Of a stretch of DNA of 64,000 nucleotides, positions 1 through 7,633 are shown piece after piece. Position 1 is the first letter of the stretch. The number at the start of each line of letters is the position of its first letter. A model generated the notes under the pieces. It worked only from the letters and a program-made list of their open reading frames with translations. It ran no database searches and was not told the origin of the DNA. The DNA comes from Gammaproteobacteria bacterium. GTDB lineage: Bacteria > Pseudomonadota > Gammaproteobacteria > CAKMZV01. The position numbers were made by a program, and so were the translations under genes. Location of the stretch: assembly GCA_965219665.1 (NCBI GenBank), contig CBDCOD010000017.1, positions 6,069 through 70,068 on the forward strand. The letters run 5' to 3'.

Positions 1-129
1 ACAATTTTTGGCTGCATCGCACCTCCCAACATACAATCAACTCTACCCACCAATGGCTTTATTCTACACATATCGCCCGTTCGCAGTAGCAAAACCCACT
101 GAAAGCAACATCTATATAGCTGGAAATGG

Positions 130-166
130 ATAGCGGGTAAATGCAATACCTGCTATGCTATTTTTT
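130..166 (+). terminator. Candidate rho-independent terminator for a + strand gene lying left of the window
   Basis: 10-bp stem ATAGCGGGTA (130-139) / TACCTGCTAT (147-156) with one G-U pair and a 7-nt loop, then GCTA and TTTTTT (161-166). The T-run exists only in the + sense; in the minus sense the wobble becomes a C-A mismatch and no U-run follows. Confidence 0.35.
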
Positions 167-454
167 CAGTTTATTCAACCACCCATCCAACATGTCCACC
201 AGCGTGTTCACCTCTGCTTTAGAAACTTGCTGGTTGTACGGGCTGCTAACAATCGTATCTATCAATGTGCTGACTGTTTTTTGTTTAACCAAGTCAGACT
301 CAACCGAACTGCTAACCTGAGCAAATGACTGAGAAGTGGCTTTAGGTCGTTTTAGATTAGGTACGCGCAGGCGTGACTTGAGCAAGGCGGCTCTGCGGCA
401 ATTAATAGAATATACTGCTGGCGTGGGCGTCTGTTTGAGTGAGTAGGATGCCAT
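158..454 (-). CDS. Hypothetical small protein, last ORF of the buf/sigma operon
   Basis: 98-codon ORF with ATG at 454, overlapping the end of the upstream ORF by 53 nt. Basic N-terminus and helical-looking C-terminus. I recognise no family and see only a weak SD. Confidence 0.3.
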   Translation of the reverse strand: MASYSLKQTPTPAVYSINCRRAALLKSRLRVPNLKRPKATSQSFAQVSSSVESDLVKQKTVSTLIDTIVSSPYNQQVSKAEVNTLVDMLDGWLNKLKK

Positions 455-1007
455 TATGCACCCATATTTTTACATACGCGCCATGCTTGGTGGGTATCGT
501 CTGCGCTTGGTTGAGTGCAATACGTTCCAAACTGGTGTTGTGGTAGCGTACTTGATAAAAGGTTTCAATTACCCCAGTCTGCTTATTACGAATGCGCACT
601 TGCGCCCCTTTTTCGCCATTTAAGGAGCAGTAGCGTCCGCCAAGCACTTCCCATTGTCCCATATCAAGTACCTGACTCATAGGCAACAACTTGAATGGTA
701 ATTTACTGAAGAAGGTTTGTAGATTCTCATCATTTGCCGACTGAATTTCTAACGCTTTTGCCTTAATATGATTGCTCACCGTCTCCGATGCTAATGAATA
801 CACGCTCACTGGCTGCACTATATTAAATGTACTGACGAACAGCCACGCAGACAGCATCAACAAGATAGATGCGGCTGCTCCAATAAATAGCGGCTTTCGT
901 GAAGCAAAAAAACTTCTCTTCTGTTTGCTTTGCAGTAATACCAACTGCGCATCACTCAACTGCCTATCACTATAACGCTCCCTAATCAGATCACCTAATT
1001 TATTCAT
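402..1007 (-). CDS. Putative membrane-anchored anti-sigma factor (single-pass)
   Basis: ATGA start/stop overlap with the ECF sigma gene (1004-1007). About 38-aa cytoplasmic N-terminus, one hydrophobic helix (PLFIGAAASILLMLSAWLFVSTF), about 135-aa periplasmic domain with a single Cys. The call rests on position and topology only; there is no HxxxCxxC zinc motif. Confidence 0.5.
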   Translation of the reverse strand: MNKLGDLIRERYSDRQLSDAQLVLLQSKQKRSFFASRKPLFIGAAASILLMLSAWLFVSTFNIVQPVSVYSLASETVSNHIKAKALEIQSANDENLQTFFSKLPFKLLPMSQVLDMGQWEVLGGRYCSLNGEKGAQVRIRNKQTGVIETFYQVRYHNTSLERIALNQAQTIPTKHGAYVKIWVHNGILLTQTDAHASSIFY

Positions 1008-1525
1008 TTCAAATACCTACTCAATTCATCTGATCGAATCGCTATCATTTTCTTTCTCAAACGTGCCACTCGAGAAAGCAGTGTCCCTTTAGCGATTTGT
1101 AACTCCTCAGCAATTTGCTCATAGGACATTGCATCAATTGCCAACATACTCAAAATCCCTTTATCCAACAACTCTAATTGATCCCACCAATACTCCAACT
1201 CATCACTTACCACCAACTCATCTAAAAAATTTTGCTCACATTCCACCAATGCTAAGGTCTCATCATCAACCAGTATAGGCTGCACCTTACGAAAGGTGTC
1301 GATTGCTCTATGCCGAATGACCGTCCTAATATAACTCATGCGACACGCACTGTTTCGTGGCGGCTTGCGAACACAAATTTCTAAAGCTGTTTGCAATAAA
1401 TCAAAAGCATCAATCTCCTGCTTGCTATAGTGTAAACAATAGCGATACAGGGTATGCAATTCACGCTCGCTATACACTAATACGCCTTGCTCTTTAAACC
1501 CATTAACCAACGCTTGCTTAACCAT
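1004..1525 (-). CDS. ECF-type RNA polymerase sigma-70 family factor
   Basis: 173 aa. Region 2-like segment DLLQTALEICVRK...YIRTVIRHRAIDTFRK and region 4 HTH MSYEQIAEELQIAKGTLLSRVARLRKKM. ATG at 1525. Confidence 0.85.
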   Translation of the reverse strand: MVKQALVNGFKEQGVLVYSERELHTLYRYCLHYSKQEIDAFDLLQTALEICVRKPPRNSACRMSYIRTVIRHRAIDTFRKVQPILVDDETLALVECEQNFLDELVVSDELEYWWDQLELLDKGILSMLAIDAMSYEQIAEELQIAKGTLLSRVARLRKKMIAIRSDELSRYLK

Positions 1526-2259
1526 GCTTGCAAATACTCAAGCGACACAATACCATCACGCAGCAGTTGCTCTAGACTATGCGCGTAACTACGTGCCTGT
1601 ACAGTGCGTAATATTTTTGCCTCTACGGCATCCATATTATCAATACACGCATTAAAACCTTGTGTGTAAACCACCATCCAACCACGCCTTAACGTTTGGT
1701 CTATTTGAGCATACGGATGATGCTGCTCCAATAATTGGGCATGATGTGCTGAATGGATATAGCACACAGTCAAGCTGGGCATGAAATCCAAAAATAAAGC
1801 ATCTAATGGCTGCGACTCAATTAAACTCTGCCAGTGTTCAGCGGAAACGGGTGCTGGTTGCTGCGCGTAATAGTTCAACTCCAATGCTTGCTCACAGTGC
1901 GCCAAGGAGCGTAACCCATGTATTTTTGACTCAGGGTACTGTACAAACAACTGCAAAAACCGCTCACCATATTGTGCTAAGTCAATATGCACCGAATCGG
2001 TGTGTAAAAAATAGTAGCGCGCCATACCAACTAAGGTGTCACCGAGTAGTTGCTGTAGGCAGGGGAAACGTCCTAAAAGAGCATCTATATGCGCATTTTG
2101 AACGGTTTGTTGATAAATACGATGTCGCGCATTCTCTCGTGAGGGCGCGTCTAAAGCTTGAACGATATTATCTGTTGACGCCTGTTGACGCCAAATCATA
2201 TTGATAAAATCGCTCTGTAACTGTTTAAGCGACTTTGGAGGTGATAATTTCTCTCGCAT
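1477..2259 (-). CDS. bufC: DUF2063 family protein, BufC-like partner of the MNIO enzyme
   Basis: Sits immediately after the DUF692 gene. The N-terminal SLKQLQSDFINMIW resembles the conserved DUF2063 start. I chose the ATG at 2259 (GAGG 6 nt upstream) rather than the ORF-track start at 2301. Overlaps bufB by 35 nt. Confidence 0.75.
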   Translation of the reverse strand: MREKLSPPKSLKQLQSDFINMIWRQQASTDNIVQALDAPSRENARHRIYQQTVQNAHIDALLGRFPCLQQLLGDTLVGMARYYFLHTDSVHIDLAQYGERFLQLFVQYPESKIHGLRSLAHCEQALELNYYAQQPAPVSAEHWQSLIESQPLDALFLDFMPSLTVCYIHSAHHAQLLEQHHPYAQIDQTLRRGWMVVYTQGFNACIDNMDAVEAKILRTVQARSYAHSLEQLLRDGIVSLEYLQAWLSKRWLMGLKSKAY

Positions 2260-3052
2260 GGTCTGCCTCATCCAGAATAACTGATAGCGGTGGAATGTCA
2301 TTATCCCATTCGATCAGCGTAGGAATTGACCCCGCCTGCTGTATGAATTGTCCATATAGTGACCACACCTGAGGATGTACGGGATTATTATGCGCGTCAA
2401 TAACATAATCGCCACAATCTTCAAAGCCTGCCAAATGAATTTCAGCTACCCGAGAGGCATCAATATCGCGTAAATATTGGTCAAAATCGGTTCCATTATT
2501 GCGATATGCCACATAGATGTTATTGATATCAAAAAGAATCTTACAATCTGCCTCTTGAGCAACCATAGAAACAAACTCGCCTTCACGCAAAGTAGAGTCT
2601 TTGAAATTCAAATACGTGGATACATTTTCTATAGCAAAGGGCACTTCCAAATAGTCTTGAACCAATCGGATGCGCTGTGCAACATACTGCGCTGTTTCTT
2701 CTGTGTAGGGCAAGGGCAATAAGTCATGTGATTGGAGACCATGTACTGCGCACCAGCACAGATGATCAGACATAAGCCACGGATTAGTAGCGCGCGCCAA
2801 TGTTTTAAGTGCCTTCAAGTAATCTGCATTCAAGGGGTCAGCACTGCCTATGGATAAGCCAACCGAATGCAATGATACGGGATACAACTCGGCAATAGCC
2901 TCTGCTTCCTTGAAACTTCTAGTATTCTCCTGTAGATGATTATCTGCCAATAATTCCATCCAAGCAAGTGGCGGCTGCTCCTCCACAATTTGCCGAAAAT
3001 GGTTGGAGCGCATGCCAATACCAATCTGCGCTATTTCTGGATTACTAAACAT
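2225..3052 (-). CDS. bufB: DUF692 family multinuclear non-heme iron oxidase (MNIO), BufB/MbnB-like
   Basis: IGIGMRSNHF...WMELLADNHL...HSVGLSIGS...EIHLAGF...TLIEWDNDIP is the TIM-barrel DUF692 pattern. Start set at ATG 3052 (MFSNPEIAQIGIGMR), because the track's TTG start at 3115 reads through a 28-bp perfect palindrome. Confidence 0.85.
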   Translation of the reverse strand: MFSNPEIAQIGIGMRSNHFRQIVEEQPPLAWMELLADNHLQENTRSFKEAEAIAELYPVSLHSVGLSIGSADPLNADYLKALKTLARATNPWLMSDHLCWCAVHGLQSHDLLPLPYTEETAQYVAQRIRLVQDYLEVPFAIENVSTYLNFKDSTLREGEFVSMVAQEADCKILFDINNIYVAYRNNGTDFDQYLRDIDASRVAEIHLAGFEDCGDYVIDAHNNPVHPQVWSLYGQFIQQAGSIPTLIEWDNDIPPLSVILDEADHAREIITSKVA

Positions 3053-3083
3053 GCTATATGCATTAAAGGCTATATAAGAATAA

Positions 3084-3111
3084 CCTACTGCATGCGTACG
3101 CATGCAGTAGG
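3084..3111 (-). terminator. Intercistronic hairpin / candidate attenuator between bufA and bufB
   Basis: Perfect 28-bp palindrome CCTACTGCATGCGT|ACGCATGCAGTAGG, giving about a 12-bp stem with a GUAC loop. It begins 18 nt after the bufA stop codon. In the mRNA sense it is followed by UUAUUCUUAUAU. Confidence 0.5.
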
Positions 3112-3129
3112 TCAAGCGTGAAGTATAAA

Positions 3130-3417
3130 TTACTTCGCAGGCTTAGTTGCAGCGACTATACCGCCCGTGAGCTTAGCACAAGTTCCCTTTGGAACATATA
3201 CCCACTCATTGTCGCTGTTGTTGCTCGTTGCCTGCCCGGCACAGCCATGCTTTTTATTCAAAGCACCGCAATCATTCTTGCCTGCTTTAGATACGCCAGC
3301 ACACTTCTCCCAAAATTTAGGTGTGTCAGGCACTGCTGCCTGTGCATTCATAGCAATTGAACCGACTGCCAATACACCAGCCAAAATTGAGGATTTACAT
3401 AATGTTGATTTATCCAT
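3130..3417 (-). CDS. bufA: DUF2282 / BufA1-type bufferin precursor peptide (Sec signal peptide plus 4-Cys core)
   Basis: 95 aa. Signal peptide MDKSTLCKSSILAGVLAVGSIAMNAQA|AV. Core EKCAGVSKAGKNDCGALNKKHGCAGQATSNNSDNEWVYVPKGTCAKLTGG matches the DUF2282 signature. GGAGA SD 5 nt before the ATG. First gene upstream of the DUF692 and DUF2063 genes. Confidence 0.85.
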   Translation of the reverse strand: MDKSTLCKSSILAGVLAVGSIAMNAQAAVPDTPKFWEKCAGVSKAGKNDCGALNKKHGCAGQATSNNSDNEWVYVPKGTCAKLTGGIVAATKPAK

Positions 3418-3704
3418 GATATTCTCCGTAATTTACGTCATATAAAAAGCTTGCAGCCTACACAATGGTTGCAAAGCACTTACAGTACAAATAAAGTGTA
3501 CTACTTATATAGACGTTACGTAATCCGATTTCATTGCAAAAAAAGTGTAATAACTCATGCTATGGAGCGTTTTTTTTCTGTTATTATCGCTCTTATCACA
3601 GCAATGCAAGCCCAACGTAGTTGGTTTGCAGGTTTCAAAATCGAAGTATCTGCCTATTTTCTGTGCCTCAAGCCCACCACAGCATACAGTATTATGACAT
3701 TAAT

Positions 3705-5039
3705 TCACTCTCGCTCAACTTCAAAAGCGGTTAGTATACTATTGCCTGGATTATATCTCCCTTCTACCTCAATTCTATCACCTACAGATATTTGTAAAGA
3801 ACTTGAAAATCCTTCCAAGCGTGCTGACGTGACATCTACATTGATGAAAGCAGCAGTTGTACCATACTCAGTTGAAATGACCCTTACAATTAAAGTATTT
3901 TGATTTACGCGTTCAGAGACTATCCCATAAACCTCCGTATAATCCTGTCCACTCTCGCCATCGAAACTGCCTTCATATTCGACTTCATAGGCTCGTAGTA
4001 CGTTGGTAGCTGAATCATAGGCGCCCTCAACTTCTAATATAGCACCTATAGGTAAATCTATCACACTGGATAAACCCTCTAAACGTGACGCTGTGGCATC
4101 TACTGTGATAGTAGTAGTTGCAATATTTCCATACTCAGTTGAACGAACTGATAGTGAAAATATCCTTGATGCAGTGCTTACGGTAACTGAACCATATACT
4201 TCAAGATATTGCTCCCCAGCTCTGGTAACACCATCACGATCGTCATCGTCATCATGGAATCCGTCTTGATCAATATCACCATCACGATATCCATCTTGAT
4301 CTAGATCATCATCAAAGTATCCATCTCCGTCACGGTCATCATCAATATATCCATCCTGATTACGGTCATGGGCCAACATAAAGTCTCTATTGCCCTCTCT
4401 ACTATTTTGGGGGTTTGCATCTACTGGGTCAGCCAGCCCATCTGCATCTGAGTCATAAATTCCGCGCTGATAATCGCTATCAATGCTATTATGTATTCCA
4501 TCATAATCACTATCAGATGTCGGCGTACTATCCACTGTAATGACTGTAAGCGCAGCACTATACATTCTATGAATACTGTCTGCTACCCCATCGTCATTAC
4601 CATCTATGCCCTGCTGCTTTGCCTGTTGGCGGTTTGCTGCTAACGCAGTTAAATCTCCTAAATCTACTGAGGTTGACCCCGGTGCCGTAAAAACAGTATG
4701 AACATTGGTAGTCTGATCGTTATATATTTGAACAGCGTGCTTTATACTGTTCGTGCTGGACTGTTCATTACGTGTAAGTGCCAAATAATAGTTAATCCCC
4801 GGGTCTAATATAAGCACAAATGTGCTTTGACCGTCTCGCGTTTGGAGCGATGTAGTGGAATAATAACTACCATTAGTTCCAAACGCCTCAACAAGTGCAT
4901 CCGATACGCTCCCTTGTATTTGGAATGTGCTACGACCAGCTGCCGAGTCTATATTAGAACTAGATCGTGCGCTTTCCTGTCCACAGCCAAGTAAGGCTGC
5001 AAAGGCTAGACCTGATATAAAAAATTTTAAATGTTGCAT
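3705..5039 (-). CDS. Lipoprotein with acidic Ca-binding (thrombospondin type-3-like) repeats and two C-terminal DUF5666-like repeats
   Basis: Lipobox LLGC after a signal sequence. Run of DxDxDG-type motifs (DRNQDGYIDDDRDGDGYFDDDLDQDGYRDGDIDQDGFHDDDDDRDG). Two about 75-aa repeats (EVYG.V...R.EG......G..IEVEG......L.A.EVE). GAGGAG SD 8 nt upstream. Confidence 0.75.
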   Translation of the reverse strand: MQHLKFFISGLAFAALLGCGQESARSSSNIDSAAGRSTFQIQGSVSDALVEAFGTNGSYYSTTSLQTRDGQSTFVLILDPGINYYLALTRNEQSSTNSIKHAVQIYNDQTTNVHTVFTAPGSTSVDLGDLTALAANRQQAKQQGIDGNDDGVADSIHRMYSAALTVITVDSTPTSDSDYDGIHNSIDSDYQRGIYDSDADGLADPVDANPQNSREGNRDFMLAHDRNQDGYIDDDRDGDGYFDDDLDQDGYRDGDIDQDGFHDDDDDRDGVTRAGEQYLEVYGSVTVSTASRIFSLSVRSTEYGNIATTTITVDATASRLEGLSSVIDLPIGAILEVEGAYDSATNVLRAYEVEYEGSFDGESGQDYTEVYGIVSERVNQNTLIVRVISTEYGTTAAFINVDVTSARLEGFSSSLQISVGDRIEVEGRYNPGNSILTAFEVERE

Positions 5040-5164
5040 TATGAAGTCTCCTCATTGAATTTACTGACCACCACCTATAGATGGGCATAATGGCAGAATT
5101 ATAAGGAGGGCTGCCAGCAGATGATATAGGGCAGACAATCAAATTGAGTTTTAGGAGGTTTCTA

Positions 5165-5623
5165 CTAAGCAGGTTTTTCTCTATCTACCAATGTCAATAG
5201 AAAGTGACTAAGGAATTCATGTCTATTTTTATTATTGGATTTGTTAAATATGCTAATTGCCTGATTTTGAATAGTTTTTTCACTAACGCTCCGTAAGGAG
5301 GCTATCTCTTTATATGTAAACCCCTTTATAATCAGCATAGCGACTTCTTTCTCCGCTTTACTTAAAAGCCACCCCTCTAAAATATTTTCTATATAGACAG
5401 ACAAATCCTTTTCAAAGTCAGATAGTGCTTCCGAAGCCTCCCTAAGCCTAGCTTTATGTGCTTGTAACTCCCTAATGTTGTAGTATAACAACCAGCAAGC
5501 AAGTAACACAAATATTAATTCTATCCATAAGTGTACACCTATATCATCCACCCAAAAATCAAAAACAACATCCAGGACAAAGAAAGATAAGATAAATACA
5601 TTAATTATAACTATTTTATACAT
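5165..5623 (-). CDS. Membrane-anchored LuxR-family HTH transcriptional regulator
   Basis: Two N-terminal hydrophobic helices, a coiled linker, and a C-terminal LuxR/GerE HTH (LSKAEKEVAMLIIKGFTYKEIASLRSVSEKTIQNQAISIFNK). Confidence 0.75.
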   Translation of the reverse strand: MYKIVIINVFILSFFVLDVVFDFWVDDIGVHLWIELIFVLLACWLLYYNIRELQAHKARLREASEALSDFEKDLSVYIENILEGWLLSKAEKEVAMLIIKGFTYKEIASLRSVSEKTIQNQAISIFNKSNNKNRHEFLSHFLLTLVDREKPA

Positions 5624-5943
5624 AACTAACCTACTCCCGACTTATGGTACGTATTGTAAAATATTCTGTGCTTATTGACCAACTTTAGCGACACGCTGCG
5701 AATCGCAGTTTACGTTACAAAGTACTTACGCCAGAGCATACACTGTAATCTTACATTATTTATAATAAACGTCTTTGTCTTTTGATTAGGTAAACAAAAA
5801 GTCTACTGGATAGCGATATTTTGACAGAAAAAATCAGAACGTGAGGCTATTTTTATACTGGAAATGGCAACTACGGGCAGCACTACAATATTGATAAAAT
5901 TATTAGCCCTATCCTCATGTGCTTTATATCACTAATAATCTAG

Positions 5944-7323
5944 CTAATCTAAAGCCTTAAAGATATTTTCACACACTTTTTTGGCATCGCCGAAAACCAT
6001 GAAAGACTTATCTAAATAGAAAGCCGCATTAGGTATCCCTGCATACCCTGGCGCCATAGATCGCTTAATTATGAATATTTGCTTGGCATTTTGTACATCT
6101 AAAATGGGCATGCCATAAATAGGACTTGACTTATCTGTCTTCGCTGCTGGATTAAACACATCATTTGCGCCAATGACCAAAACAATATCAGTAGTTGAGA
6201 AATCACTATTGATTTCCTCCAACTCTAATATATCATCATAATCCACATCTGCCTCTGCCAAGAGTACATTCATATGACCTGGCATACGACCTGCTACTGG
6301 GTGAATAGCAAACCGTACCAATACGCCACGCTCCTTTAGGCAATCAACCACCTCTTTCAAAGCATGTTGGGCATGTCCTACTGCCATGCCATAACCTGGG
6401 ACAATAACAACCGATTCAGCATTCTGCATAAAATAGGCAACATCCTCTGCATGCGCCTGCTTAATTGACTCCCCTTCTGTTTGCACTACAGCAGTGGCAT
6501 CTTCTGTCCCAAAGCCACCCATCAATATACTAATAATAGATCGGTTCATGTTCTTGCTCATAATATAGCTGAGTATAGCACCCGATGCCCCCACCAGAGA
6601 ACCTGTAATAATAAGCACTGGATTAGACAAACTAAAGCCGATACCAACTGCCGCCCAGCCAGAATAGCTATTGAGCACAGACACTATCACTGGCATATCT
6701 GCACCACCAATAGGACTTACAGAAAGGAATCCAAAAAGCAAACCCACTACAAGCAGCAATACAAATAGCTCTAACTGTGCCTCATAGGCAAAAGCAACTA
6801 CTAAAGCAACTATAGTGAGTAAGAAAACGCCACTCACTACGCGCTGATTTTTGAACATAAGGAACTTCCAATTTGGAAAAACTCCTTGCAACTTCATAAA
6901 AGCAACGCACGAACCAGTAAAAGTAATAGAACCTATAACCAGCCCTACTGAAAGCTCTACTATCTGCCCAACATTTAACAAATCAATTCCATACTCTTCT
7001 GGTGACGTATACGCCGCAGACGCAATAAAAACAGCAGCCAAGCCTACAAAGCTATGGAATAACGCCATCAGCTGCGGTAAAGCTGTCATCTGAATGCGTA
7101 AGGCAATCAACGAACCAACCAAACCGCCAGACAAAATAGCAACAAAAATCCAAACAACATTATGTGTACTGGGCATAGCGATAGTGGTAAATACCACTAT
7201 TGCCATACCAACCATGCCAATCAGATTACCCCTTCGGGCACTAGATGGAGACGCCAGCCCGCGAATAGATAAAATAAAGCAAACTGCCGCAATCAGGTGA
7301 AAATAAACAGCAAAATTGTCCAT
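5944..7323 (-). CDS. pntB: NAD(P) transhydrogenase subunit beta
   Basis: 459 aa. Multi-TM N-terminal half plus a dIII NADP(H)-binding domain (VPGYGMAVGHAQH...HPVAGRMPGHMNVLLAEA...GANDVFNPAA). TAATG overlap with pntAB. Confidence 0.95.
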   Translation of the reverse strand: MDNFAVYFHLIAAVCFILSIRGLASPSSARRGNLIGMVGMAIVVFTTIAMPSTHNVVWIFVAILSGGLVGSLIALRIQMTALPQLMALFHSFVGLAAVFIASAAYTSPEEYGIDLLNVGQIVELSVGLVIGSITFTGSCVAFMKLQGVFPNWKFLMFKNQRVVSGVFLLTIVALVVAFAYEAQLELFVLLLVVGLLFGFLSVSPIGGADMPVIVSVLNSYSGWAAVGIGFSLSNPVLIITGSLVGASGAILSYIMSKNMNRSIISILMGGFGTEDATAVVQTEGESIKQAHAEDVAYFMQNAESVVIVPGYGMAVGHAQHALKEVVDCLKERGVLVRFAIHPVAGRMPGHMNVLLAEADVDYDDILELEEINSDFSTTDIVLVIGANDVFNPAAKTDKSSPIYGMPILDVQNAKQIFIIKRSMAPGYAGIPNAAFYLDKSFMVFGDAKKVCENIFKALD

Positions 7324-7610
7324 TACGACCTACTCTTACGCTTGGTGAACATAGACAGCATTCTATTGGTAATAAGAAAGCCCCCAAAAATATTAACACT
7401 TGCCAGAAAGATAGCGATAAACCCCAAAATTGCGCTTAAAGAAACGCCCTCTAAACCTGCAGCAATAATGGCTCCAACAATAACCACTGATGAAATCGCA
7501 TTAGTCACACCCATTAGCGGCGCATGAAGCGCAGGCGTTACTGACCAAACCACGTAATAGCCGACAAAGCATGCTAAAACAAATAAATATAACAGCGAAG
7601 TAAACTCCAT
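7323..7610 (-). CDS. pntAB: NAD(P) transhydrogenase subunit alpha part 2 (membrane part)
   Basis: 95-aa three-helix membrane protein between the dI and beta genes. This is the split pntAA/pntAB arrangement known from Rhodospirillum rubrum. Confidence 0.9.
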   Translation of the reverse strand: MEFTSLLYLFVLACFVGYYVVWSVTPALHAPLMGVTNAISSVVIVGAIIAAGLEGVSLSAILGFIAIFLASVNIFGGFLITNRMLSMFTKRKSRS

Positions 7611-7633
7611 TTTTATCCTTATCTTATAGAATA

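Noticed and set aside
1806-2204. Antisense or nested ORFs inside well-supported genes, for example 1806-2204, 2477-2722, 3118-3445, 6481-7527, 8223-8692, 9751-10227, 10521-10919, 12071-12977, 15301-16122, 17214-17429, 17928-18143 and 21414-22238.
   Set aside because: Each lies entirely within, and opposite to or out of frame with, a gene that has strong family signatures. Their translations are low-complexity or compositionally odd.
3053-3115. N-terminal extensions of several track ORFs: bufB to 3115, bufC to 2301, FGE to 11372, VOC to 15182, OpgC-like to 16356, TauE to 19590.
   Set aside because: Internal ATG or GTG starts have better SD sequences, give family-typical N-termini or signal peptides, and avoid running through a palindrome (bufB) or an RNA gene (TauE).
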